Source: a virus
Taxonomy: Duplodnaviria > Caudoviricetes
DNA: 25,339 nt
Virus record (IMG/VR): IMGVR_UViG_3300023256_001082
Location: 1 to 25,339 of that record
Strand: one strand, 5' to 3'
Numbering within the stretch: the stretch's first letter is position 1; every line of letters starts with the position of its first letter. Shown piece after piece: positions 1 through 7,918 of this stretch. Position numbers and translations under genes: made by a program. The notes under the pieces are model-generated. The model saw nothing but the letters and a program-made list of their open reading frames with translations. It was not told where the DNA came from and made no database searches.

Positions 1-885
1 AATCCCCAAAAATGTAGTTTCTTCTTGAATACCTCCACTATCTGTCAAAACAATCTTAGCTTGAGAAATTAAAGCTAAAAAATCAAAATAACCAAGAGGC
101 TTAATAATTCCCAAATCTTTGATTCCACAATCTTCTAATTCAAGAATTTTTTGAGTCCGAGGATGAATTGGAAAAATTATCTTTATTTTACTTTCGATTT
201 CTGTAAAAAGATTCAAAAAATATCCCAAATTCTTTAAATTATCAACATTCACAGGACGATGCAAAGTCAAAACAGCATAATTCTTTTTTCTTAAATCTAA
301 TTTTTTAAGAATCCTTGATTTTCGAATTCCAAGTTTCAAACTTTTCAAAGAATCAATTGCTGTATTGCCTACTAAATGAATTTTTTCTTTTGAAATTCCT
401 TCTTCTAAAAGATTTTTGACCCCACTCGGCTCAGTAACAAACAATAAATCAGAGATATGATCGGTAAGTCGTCTATTTATCTCTTCGGGCATCGATGTAT
501 CAAAACTCCTCAATCCTGCCTCAATATGAACCACAGGAATATGTAATTTAGCAGCAACTAAAGCTCCAGCTAAAGTTGTATTAGAATCACCTACTACAAC
601 AACAAAATTCGGTTTTCCTTTTAAAAGAACTGGCTCCAATCTTTTCATTATTTCTGCTGTTTGGAAAGCATGTGAACCACTACCAACTTTTAAATCATAA
701 TTGGGTTTAGGAATGTTCAACTCTCGAAAAAAAACTTTAGACATCTCATAATCATAATGCTGACCTGTATTAACTAACATCGTTTTTATTTGATGATGCT
801 TTTTCGCCTCTTTCACGAAAGAAGCAATTTTTATAATGTCAGGCCTTATTCCTGCTACACAAAAAATTCTTAGTTTATAATCCAT
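1..885 (-). CDS. wecB: UDP-N-acetylglucosamine 2-epimerase (non-hydrolysing), 3' end runs off the window
   Basis: Not in ORF track. Manual translation from ATG at 885: MDYKLRIFCVAGIRPDIIK...NTGQHYD...VVGDSNTTLAGALVAAKLHIPVVHIEAGLRSFD..MPEEINRRLTDHISDLLF, the hallmark WecB motifs. Confidence 0.95.
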   Translation of the reverse strand, partial: MDYKLRIFCVAGIRPDIIKIASFVKEAKKHHQIKTMLVNTGQHYDYEMSKVFFRELNIPKPNYDLKVGSGSHAFQTAEIMKRLEPVLLKGKPNFVVVVGDSNTTLAGALVAAKLHIPVVHIEAGLRSFDTSMPEEINRRLTDHISDLLFVTEPSGVKNLLEEGISKEKIHLVGNTAIDSLKSLKLGIRKSRILKKLDLRKKNYAVLTLHRPVNVDNLKNLGYFLNLFTEIESKIKIIFPIHPRTQKILELEDCGIKDLGIIKPLGYFDFLALISQAKIVLTDSGGIQEETTFLGI

Positions 886-1084
886 TGGTAATTTCTTTTA
901 TTCTTTCTAAATTTTCTAACGACTGATGTTGACGATTTAAAAATTTCCTAATTATATCTTTATGGTTACAATTTATTTCTCTCAATCCTGCTGGACAATT
1001 GCACTCTAATTTATTTCTTGTCTCCTGAACTATATAATATAAATCTTCTTTAGTTTTTGATTGAACTTCAAATCTTCTATTCAT
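875..1084 (-). CDS. Small SWIM-type zinc-finger protein
   Basis: CNCPAGLREINCNH fits CxC-xn-CxH. ATG at 1084 overlaps the upstream stop; the track start at 1093 is also possible. Confidence 0.7.
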   Translation of the reverse strand: MNRRFEVQSKTKEDLYYIVQETRNKLECNCPAGLREINCNHKDIIRKFLNRQHQSLENLERIKEITNGL

Positions 1085-1865
1085 AATTTTCAAAATAATC
1101 TCTTATGCCAGATTCGACCATATAATCTGGCTTGAATCCCCAATTAAGATTTGCCCTAGTAAAAGTTTGATACTTATCTATATAAGGATTTTCAATGAAC
1201 CTGGGTTCAACCATGACTTCTAATGTTTGAATAACAATTTTCAGTATATCTCTGAAATCTGTTGCTACCCCAGTTCCCAAATCATAAATTCCACTTTTCA
1301 TTTTTTCTGCCATCCTAAAACCCTTAATGATATCTTTGACATAAATAAAGTCCCTTTTATAATCACCTTTAAAAATAACAGGTCTCTCACCTTTTGAAAT
1401 TTGTTCTTTCCACTGAGTAATTACACTAGCATCTTTTCCTTTTGGTTTTTCTTGTTGACCATAACAATTAAATGGTCTCAATCCAACAATTTCCATTTTG
1501 TCAAAATATCTTTTTGCCATTTCGTCAATCATTCTCTTAGATTCACTATAAGCATTTAAAGATCCTTTTCCATTTCCATAAACACTAGCACTTGATGCAT
1601 AAATTAATCTTATTTTGTTATCAAAAGCATATCTTAAAACATTCAAAAACCCCATAATATTATTCCTATACATTTCCATATCATCAGGATATGTTGTACT
1701 AGTATTTGCTGCTAAATGATAAATCATATCAGGTTTCTCTCTTGGAATAAATCCAAGAGAAACATCTGAATTAAATAATTCAATATTTTCTTCTCTATTC
1801 TTTAATAATGTTTCAAGAAGATTAGAGCCAATAAAGCCCTGACCTCCTGTAATTAAATATTTCAT
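1077..1865 (-). CDS. hldD: ADP-L-glycero-D-manno-heptose 6-epimerase-like extended SDR
   Basis: ITGGQGFIGSNL Rossmann motif, YASSASVYG, YSESK (YxxxK), GLRPFNCYGQQEKPKG..ASV, RDFIYVKD and YQTFTRANL match RfaD/HldD. Start placed at the ATGA overlap at 1865. Confidence 0.8.
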   Translation of the reverse strand: MKYLITGGQGFIGSNLLETLLKNREENIELFNSDVSLGFIPREKPDMIYHLAANTSTTYPDDMEMYRNNIMGFLNVLRYAFDNKIRLIYASSASVYGNGKGSLNAYSESKRMIDEMAKRYFDKMEIVGLRPFNCYGQQEKPKGKDASVITQWKEQISKGERPVIFKGDYKRDFIYVKDIIKGFRMAEKMKSGIYDLGTGVATDFRDILKIVIQTLEVMVEPRFIENPYIDKYQTFTRANLNWGFKPDYMVESGIRDYFENYE

Positions 1866-2488
1866 ACTTTTATTATATGACAATTTGGACAAAGTTTTTC
1901 TAAAGCAACAATTACTTTTGGACTATCTTCAAAATATTCTTCGATTCCTAGCCTATTAATCATTTGAGATTTCCACTCAATTTCTCGTTCAATTGTTTTT
2001 TCGTTCAAACTAATCGGATTGAAATAAACTGGATGATTTTTTCTAGTTTCTTCATCAACTTTTTCTATCTCATCAATAGTTCTACTTGTAATCACAGGTG
2101 CACCTTTCTGAGGTCGTATTCCAGCCTTAATGACACCATCATAGTCATAAGCTTGAAACAAGTGTGCCTTACCTGACATATACTTCCTGTAAGAATCTTT
2201 TTCATCATGATGAGAAGAAAATTCGATAATTTGAGCATTCGTCAAACCAGTAAAACGATGCCAAGTATTTGGTTGAATGTGGACTGAATCTTCTGGCTTC
2301 ATTATCCATTTCTTATCATCAACTTCCATTAATATCTTTCCTCTAATGAGATAAAAAACTTCATCTTTCTTTTTATGACAATGAAGACTACAGCGATATC
2401 CCCTATTGAGAATAAGTTTCTTTCCACAATAATCTTCATTCCATATCCACTTTTCCTTACCCCAAACTTTTTCAACTTCTTTAATCAT
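1862..2488 (-). CDS. Cupin (sugar isomerase-like) fused to a HAD-like phosphatase domain
   Basis: N-term EKVWGKE..SLHCHKKKDEVFY..IQPNTWHRF is a cupin metal motif. C-term AYDYDGVI (DxDG) and YFEDS are HAD motifs I and IV. Confidence 0.75.
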   Translation of the reverse strand: MIKEVEKVWGKEKWIWNEDYCGKKLILNRGYRCSLHCHKKKDEVFYLIRGKILMEVDDKKWIMKPEDSVHIQPNTWHRFTGLTNAQIIEFSSHHDEKDSYRKYMSGKAHLFQAYDYDGVIKAGIRPQKGAPVITSRTIDEIEKVDEETRKNHPVYFNPISLNEKTIEREIEWKSQMINRLGIEEYFEDSPKVIVALEKLCPNCHIIKV

Positions 2489-3267
2489 TGATTTAATTCT
2501 CTTAAAGTAATAGCAGAAGTTCCAAAACGAGAAATAACAATTCCAGCAGCTTTATTAGCAAGCTCCATCATTTTTTGTGTATTTGTCAAGCCAATCGCTA
2601 AACAATATATAAGAACTGCTATTACTGTATCTCCTGCACCAGATACATCAATAACTTCTTTTGTGATAGCAGGAACATTCATTTTAAATTCTCCATCTTT
2701 ATAATAATTAATTCCTTTTCCACTTTGAGTAATAAAAGCTTGAGGAAAATTCTTATTTTCAGCTTCTTCATACTCTTTTTTGTTAATCTTTAAAATCTGA
2801 GTTCCCTCAAAGACTGATAAATCTTTCTTTTTAGTATCAACAATCGTTGCTTTTCCACCTTTGATAATTCCCTTATTATAATCTATAAAAGCAATAATAT
2901 CAAATTCTGAAAATGATGGATACTCCATATTAGCCAAATCTTCTTCTCGATAAACTTTTGGTTCATCCACCCTTAAAAGTTGTTGCCTCAAAGCAGCAAA
3001 TCTAGTTTTTACTAATGATACACAATTCTTTGGAGAAACAACAGGAAAGTTAAGCTCCTTTATATAATTTTCATCTACTATAGTAAATACAACTGGCTCA
3101 ATTTCTAAACCAAATAAATTTTTAGCAACATTTAAAGCACCACCTGGACGAGTTTCAGTTGCTCCTACATCAAGAATTGGTACTGGGGCTTCTGGAGAAA
3201 TTCTTTCTACTTCTCCAAGACAATACTTATCTAAAAAACTATCTCCAACTATTGCAACTTTTTTCAT
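2485..3267 (-). CDS. hldA: D-glycero-beta-D-manno-heptose-7-phosphate kinase (RfaE/HldE domain I, PfkB family)
   Basis: VGDSFLDKY..GEVERISPEAPVP, PGGALNVAKNL, KTRF..QQLLRVD and DVSGAGDTVIA. Confidence 0.9.
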   Translation of the reverse strand: MKKVAIVGDSFLDKYCLGEVERISPEAPVPILDVGATETRPGGALNVAKNLFGLEIEPVVFTIVDENYIKELNFPVVSPKNCVSLVKTRFAALRQQLLRVDEPKVYREEDLANMEYPSFSEFDIIAFIDYNKGIIKGGKATIVDTKKKDLSVFEGTQILKINKKEYEEAENKNFPQAFITQSGKGINYYKDGEFKMNVPAITKEVIDVSGAGDTVIAVLIYCLAIGLTNTQKMMELANKAAGIVISRFGTSAITLRELNQ

Positions 3268-4253
3268 GATATATAACCTCCTTTTATTTTTGGTAAATTT
3301 TTATCAAAAGAACGACCTTTAATCTCTTGAATTAATCTAGTGGTCGAATGATGTTCCAGTGTCGGAATAATCACTATTTGCCCACCATAACTTTCTACAA
3401 ACTCATGACCTATTACTGTCTTTCTAGTATAATCACTACCTTTTATCACTATATCTGGTTTTACCTTTTTCATTAAACGCAAAGGATTAAGTTCGTCAAA
3501 AATTTCAACCTTATCAATATATTTTATAGATTCAAGTAATTTCTTTCTCTTTTCTTGATTATTAATGGGCTCTCTTTTTATTTTAGTAGCTGATCTATCT
3601 GAATTCAAGCCCACTATCAATATATCACCAAGTTTTTTGGCTTTTTCGAATAAATAAATATGTCCAACATGAATCAAATCAAAAACACCATTTACAAACA
3701 CAACTTTTTCCTTTCTATATAAAGCACTATAAATATCCTTTCTTACCCCACACTCAACCTCTGGATAGCCTGATTTGATAAGTTTAAATCCTCTTGTCTC
3801 AAAAAATAAATCTAAACTTCTTTTTGTAAAAAAATGTAAATGCTCACCAGTGTCAAATTTAAAATGCTTCCATCCCATTAACTTTTTCCCTTCAGGAAGA
3901 ATTGGAAGTGAAACATAAACATAATTAGTCTTTTTAAATAATTTATTTAATACCCGAAAATCTGGAAAATGTTCCAAAACATCACAGAAAAAAACCAGAT
4001 CATAAAAATCATGCCTAATTCCAGTATATTTTATTGGAAATTTACCCAAATCAAAAGAATCAACTGTTATTCCTTTGGGAGCAAATTTGGTTAAAAAACT
4101 TGCTCCAGCCCCATAATCTAAAGCAATTTTGGGTTTTATTTCTTTAACAAAATCCCAGCGAACTTTATTAAGTATTTTCGCTGTTTTTTCATAAGCTTTT
4201 GAAATTGTTTTCCAATATTCTTTATTATATTGAAAATAAATATTTTTCTTCAT
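3264..4253 (-). CDS. hldC: Class I SAM methyltransferase fused to heptose-1-phosphate nucleotidyltransferase (RfaE/HldE domain II)
   Basis: N-term ALDYGAG, DVLEHF and EHLHFFT. C-term FVNGVFDLIHVGH, VGLNSDRS, KPDIVIKGSDY and STT. Start moved from 4340 to ATG 4253 because 4272-4396 is hairpin-rich. Confidence 0.85.
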   Translation of the reverse strand: MKKNIYFQYNKEYWKTISKAYEKTAKILNKVRWDFVKEIKPKIALDYGAGASFLTKFAPKGITVDSFDLGKFPIKYTGIRHDFYDLVFFCDVLEHFPDFRVLNKLFKKTNYVYVSLPILPEGKKLMGWKHFKFDTGEHLHFFTKRSLDLFFETRGFKLIKSGYPEVECGVRKDIYSALYRKEKVVFVNGVFDLIHVGHIYLFEKAKKLGDILIVGLNSDRSATKIKREPINNQEKRKKLLESIKYIDKVEIFDELNPLRLMKKVKPDIVIKGSDYTRKTVIGHEFVESYGGQIVIIPTLEHHSTTRLIQEIKGRSFDKNLPKIKGGYIS

Positions 4254-4271
4254 ATTGGGAATCTCTTTTAA

Positions 4272-4396
4272 TGGTTGGGGGACATTGGAAAGGTCTAATC
4301 CTCCAACCAATCTTGTATCCTTAAAACCTTTCCATCCCATTGGTTTCGCTGAAACTCCACAAGTAAAGTTTCTCCACCAATGGAAGACTTAAGGAT
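4272..4396 (-). other. Two stem-loops between the capsid gene and the sugar cluster (attenuator or processing site candidate)
   Basis: Inverted repeats 4317-4324/4389-4396, 4337-4344/4376-4383, 4351-4356/4367-4372 and 4272-4282/4299-4309. Confidence 0.55.
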
Positions 4397-4424
4397 GCTT
4401 AAATTAATCTATTGACTTTGAGGA

Positions 4425-5363
4425 TTAGTAATCGCTACTACCAGCATAAGCGTATTGCCACATTCCAAATCCTGCATTTCCACGCCAGTCTACTCCGAAG
4501 AAGATTTTCTTTCTCATAAAGTCTTCTTGAGTATTACCAGCGAGAGTACTGAATTTGATATCTTGCCTAAGTTGCAAGATAAGTGGTTTAACTATGCCCG
4601 AAGTGTCCATTACAGACCAAAAATTGGTAGGTACGTGAGGGGTAACATATAAATCAAGTGCACCTTGCATTACATTTGTAGCAAGCTTTTGTGCATTTGC
4701 AATCTGAGTTGGGAAATAGGTACTGTTAAGAATTTCTCGAGCCAAGAACTGATTAGTAGGGTGAACTACTAACAAGTTTGGTCGGATATCCATAATATTA
4801 CCTTTGTCATCCACAAATTGCTGCATTGCTGTCATAGCTGCCTGAATGGCTACACTACTGAAAGTTGTTCCTGTAGCAATATTGGATTGAATCCCTGAAC
4901 TACCTGAAGTATGAGCTGCTGAAAAGAAAGGTACACCATCATAACTTGTAATACCTTTTCCTGCAAACAATCCAGTTCCAGTGGTTAGATTACCTTGACC
5001 CAAAAGGGTGTAAACTAATCTTCCCCAGAACCTTCTTGCTTTATCAGCTAAATCTCTTACTCTGATACCAATTTGACCATATTGTTCATCATCAAGTGCA
5101 TTACGACCTACTGCGATAGTGCTTTCCCAGTCGTAATTCCTAATTGCGAATTCAAGTTCATTTAAACCTTCTGTGATTCTTTCATCTTTCCACTCTCTTA
5201 AATCAGGAACACCTCCGAGCCATGGATATGTCTCATTAGCTTTAGTTGATTTAATTTGAGTAGCAACTTTTTTCCATTCTGGTTCGTACATCTTCAACTG
5301 TTTCATGAACTCCTTTTTCATTCCCGCAAGTAATAGATTAGGTATATCTGTTCTGACTAACAT
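4425..5363 (-). CDS. Major capsid protein, Mu gpT-like
   Basis: ETYPWLGGVPDLREW, IRNYDWESTIAVGRNALDDEQYG, YDGVPFFSAAH, KPLILQLR and GVDWRGNAGFGMWQYA; position after protease and decoration genes. Confidence 0.9.
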   Translation of the reverse strand: MLVRTDIPNLLLAGMKKEFMKQLKMYEPEWKKVATQIKSTKANETYPWLGGVPDLREWKDERITEGLNELEFAIRNYDWESTIAVGRNALDDEQYGQIGIRVRDLADKARRFWGRLVYTLLGQGNLTTGTGLFAGKGITSYDGVPFFSAAHTSGSSGIQSNIATGTTFSSVAIQAAMTAMQQFVDDKGNIMDIRPNLLVVHPTNQFLAREILNSTYFPTQIANAQKLATNVMQGALDLYVTPHVPTNFWSVMDTSGIVKPLILQLRQDIKFSTLAGNTQEDFMRKKIFFGVDWRGNAGFGMWQYAYAGSSDY

Positions 5364-5365
5364 AA

Positions 5366-5899
5366 TTATGAGCTTTCTGAACTAGAAGATGAACTTTTTG
5401 AACTTGAGCTGGATGAACTAGAACTGAATGAGCTTGAACTTGAACTTGAAGAACTCCAAGATTCTTCAACCCATCCCATTTGACAAGGACAACAAACGGC
5501 TACCTTGACTTTGGTTGCACTAATATATCCAACACAATTACCTACTAACATTCCATTGGTTGTAGATTGACGAAGAGCAACAGTATTGTCATCAAGTGCA
5601 TATACTTGTCTGCCAACCCAAGCTTGGGAAGCACCAGTACATGGTAGTTGAAAAACACCATTTAGAAATACTCTTACGCCTCTATCTCCATTACTCTCTC
5701 CAGCGACTGCAACTGAGTTTTCAACGGCAATTCCTGCCATATTGACTGCTGCAGAATCTGTAGCAGGCACTAACCAACCATTAGCGTTTTGGGTAACAAC
5801 AATTGCTCCCTTGTAAACGGTACTAGCAGCTAGAATGGAATAGTAGATTATATCTCCATCTTGACGATTATCCTCATAAGCCGTTGTTAATACGGCCAT
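5366..5899 (-). CDS. Head decoration/cement protein (DUF2190-like) with C-terminal poly-Ser tail
   Basis: VYKGAIV, AGIAVE, GVFQL and VGRQVYALDDNTV are typical of small proteins next to Mu-like capsid genes. Confidence 0.7.
   Translation of the reverse strand: MAVLTTAYEDNRQDGDIIYYSILAASTVYKGAIVVTQNANGWLVPATDSAAVNMAGIAVENSVAVAGESNGDRGVRVFLNGVFQLPCTGASQAWVGRQVYALDDNTVALRQSTTNGMLVGNCVGYISATKVKVAVCCPCQMGWVEESWSSSSSSSSSFSSSSSSSSSKSSSSSSESS
5369..5455 (-). repeat. Poly-serine tract (26 Ser in the last 29 residues)
   Basis: S9-F-S9-K-S6-E-S2 encoded by mixed AGT/TCA/TCT/AGC/TCC codons. Confidence 0.95.
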
Positions 5900-5933
5900 A
5901 TGATTTTATTCGGTTTATTCAATTTTTAATGAA

Positions 5934-7883
5934 TTAAAATAGAGTTGATTCTTCCTTTTTTCCTTTTCCTTCTTTATTTTTTTTGAAATCCTTGTAGGTA
6001 TCTTTTTGGATATCTTCACTAAATCCCATATTATCCATTTGTTCTTTCACTTCTTCAGGGATTTTTTCTTCATCCTTTTTATTACCCTCAATGGTTCCAA
6101 ACTCTTCTAAAGAGAAAATAGGACTTCTAGATTCCAAATACTTCTTCAAAGCTTTACGGATATCTACTTTTCTTCCATCAGCTAATTCGATAGGAGTATC
6201 TGATTGTAAAAGTGGAAGTAGAAGATCTTTTTCAGCAGGAGTCACTTGACCTTGCTTCAAAAGTTCTTCAAATATTTTCTCAGCTTCAGCTAACTCAACT
6301 CTCTCTTTTTTAGCTTTAGCCTCTTCAGTTTCTTCCTCAGTTTCAGTTTCCTCAGTTTCAGTTTCTTCGGTTGAAGCTTCCTCAGTTTCTTCTTCCTCTC
6401 CATCCTCGGTTTCTTTACCGACTTCTGGAGACTCAGATTTCTTTGAATCTTCTTCTGTTGAAGTCTCTTCTTCTGTAGGAGTCTCTTCAGTAGATTCTCT
6501 TTCTGGAGTTTCCTCCTTTGGAGTTTCTTCTGAAGTTACTTCTTCTGAAGTTTCTTCTGAAGTTTCATTATCTTCATTTAAACTTACTTTTTCTTCTAAT
6601 TTTTGTATTTTTTCTGCCATTTGACTAAGCGTTAAGTGTACATCTATATTCATAATAGGAATTACTATACTGTCCTTGAAATCATCTGAGAGAGGAACAA
6701 AACTTTCCAATCCCTTGATATAAGGTTCATTTACTAATGCTGCATGGAATAAAGTTGGACCAACGGATTTACTTGTATCTTTTCTAAAGTAATTTTCTGC
6801 AAAACTGGCAGAAATTCCCTTAATAAGTCCTTTCTTAATTTTTTCAGCAATAGTTTCATCCTTAACATCAATTGTTGCCATTAATTTATCACCATCCTTT
6901 GATAATTTCAAATCAGCTACCTGACCAACATTTTTAGAAGGATCATCAGTTGTAGGATGTCCTAGAGGAACAAAAACATTATCAATAACTTTAGATTTAA
7001 AGTTTTTGACAATAGTCTTTAACATTTCCTTTGTTACATCTAATACACCTGTCCTACTTGCATTATGTTGCCATTTTCCTACTCTCAATAATTCTTTCTT
7101 AAATTCAGAAAACTCTTTTTTGTCTTCTAAATCAATAGCACCAGAATTCATGACACTATAGACAATTTTTTCCTCAGTTAATTCTGTTTCTTCTTTCTTT
7201 TCCTCTTCAGGGGTTTCCTCAGAAGTTTCTTCAGGAGTTTCTTCTGTAGGAGCTTCTTCTTCTACAGGAGTTTCTTCTTCAGTAGCTTCTTCGGTAGCCT
7301 CTTCAGTGGTTTCTTCTTCAGTAGTTTCCTCTGATTCTCCACCCTCACTTAAGTCTATTTCTTTTATTTCTTTGTTTTTCATGTTTTTATCAGCTTCAGC
7401 CATTTTGATAGCTTTTGAAACATACCATCGAATAGCTTTGGCCTCTGGATTAGCACCTTGTGGTACCAAAGATACCTCTATAAGGTGCAATTCTTTAATT
7501 AACATAATCCTCAAATCAGGAAGTAGTTCGACCTTTTCTGCCTTTAATATCTGCCCTTTTATCGACAAACAATTCAGTTCTCCTGATTTGACTTTTTTTA
7601 TTATTGATTTTTTTGTTACTTCGGTTTTTACCCAAATTTTACCTTTTTTAAAATGGCAATCAATCAATTTGCCAATCGTTTCCTCCGTATGATTTATACA
7701 AAACTTTCCTTCTTTCTTAAAATCACTTATACATTTTCTTAATGCCTCATCTGAAATTATATCATTCTGTAAATCAAAATCATTTGCAGCTGCAAATCCT
7801 TCAAAAATGAACTTTCCTTCTTTTTCTTTCTTTTCTGATAACTGTAGAGGAAATTCAAACTTTATTTTTGCATACTCTATCAT
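5934..7883 (-). CDS. Prohead protease/scaffold with two protease-like domains and Glu/Thr-rich linkers
   Basis: Domain 1: FEGFAA..DLQNDII..INH..LSIKG..EVSLVPQGANPEA (HK97/S78-like). Domain 2: LLRVGKW..LGH..GISASF..GPTLFHAALVNEPYIKGL (Mu gpI-like). Confidence 0.85.
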   Translation of the reverse strand: MIEYAKIKFEFPLQLSEKKEKEGKFIFEGFAAANDFDLQNDIISDEALRKCISDFKKEGKFCINHTEETIGKLIDCHFKKGKIWVKTEVTKKSIIKKVKSGELNCLSIKGQILKAEKVELLPDLRIMLIKELHLIEVSLVPQGANPEAKAIRWYVSKAIKMAEADKNMKNKEIKEIDLSEGGESEETTEEETTEEATEEATEEETPVEEEAPTEETPEETSEETPEEEKKEETELTEEKIVYSVMNSGAIDLEDKKEFSEFKKELLRVGKWQHNASRTGVLDVTKEMLKTIVKNFKSKVIDNVFVPLGHPTTDDPSKNVGQVADLKLSKDGDKLMATIDVKDETIAEKIKKGLIKGISASFAENYFRKDTSKSVGPTLFHAALVNEPYIKGLESFVPLSDDFKDSIVIPIMNIDVHLTLSQMAEKIQKLEEKVSLNEDNETSEETSEEVTSEETPKEETPERESTEETPTEEETSTEEDSKKSESPEVGKETEDGEEEETEEASTEETETEETETEEETEEAKAKKERVELAEAEKIFEELLKQGQVTPAEKDLLLPLLQSDTPIELADGRKVDIRKALKKYLESRSPIFSLEEFGTIEGNKKDEEKIPEEVKEQMDNMGFSEDIQKDTYKDFKKNKEGKGKKEESTLF

Positions 7884-7889
7884 TTTTTT

Positions 7890-7918
7890 ATTTTAATTAG
7901 ATTATCACAAAAGGTCAA
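7890..7918 (-). promoter_or_regulatory. Sigma70-type promoter, probably leaderless, for protease/capsid genes
   Basis: TTGACC-17 nt-TAAAAT with the ATG only 6 nt after the -10 box. Confidence 0.6.

Noticed and set aside
1-4253. Sugar genes as host chromosomal LPS locus flanking a prophage
   Set aside because: No att site or integrase; same strand and composition as the capsid operon, compact fused genes, and a copy of the phage operator inside hldD. Not fully excluded without the flanking sequence.
4254-4340. N-terminal 29-aa extension of the methyltransferase-HldC ORF
   Set aside because: Overlaps strong hairpins; ATG at 4253 fits the domain start better.
6320-7340. GAAGAAACT-type repeats as a DNA repeat element
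   Set aside because: Explained by Glu/Thr-rich low-complexity linkers in the protease/scaffold protein.
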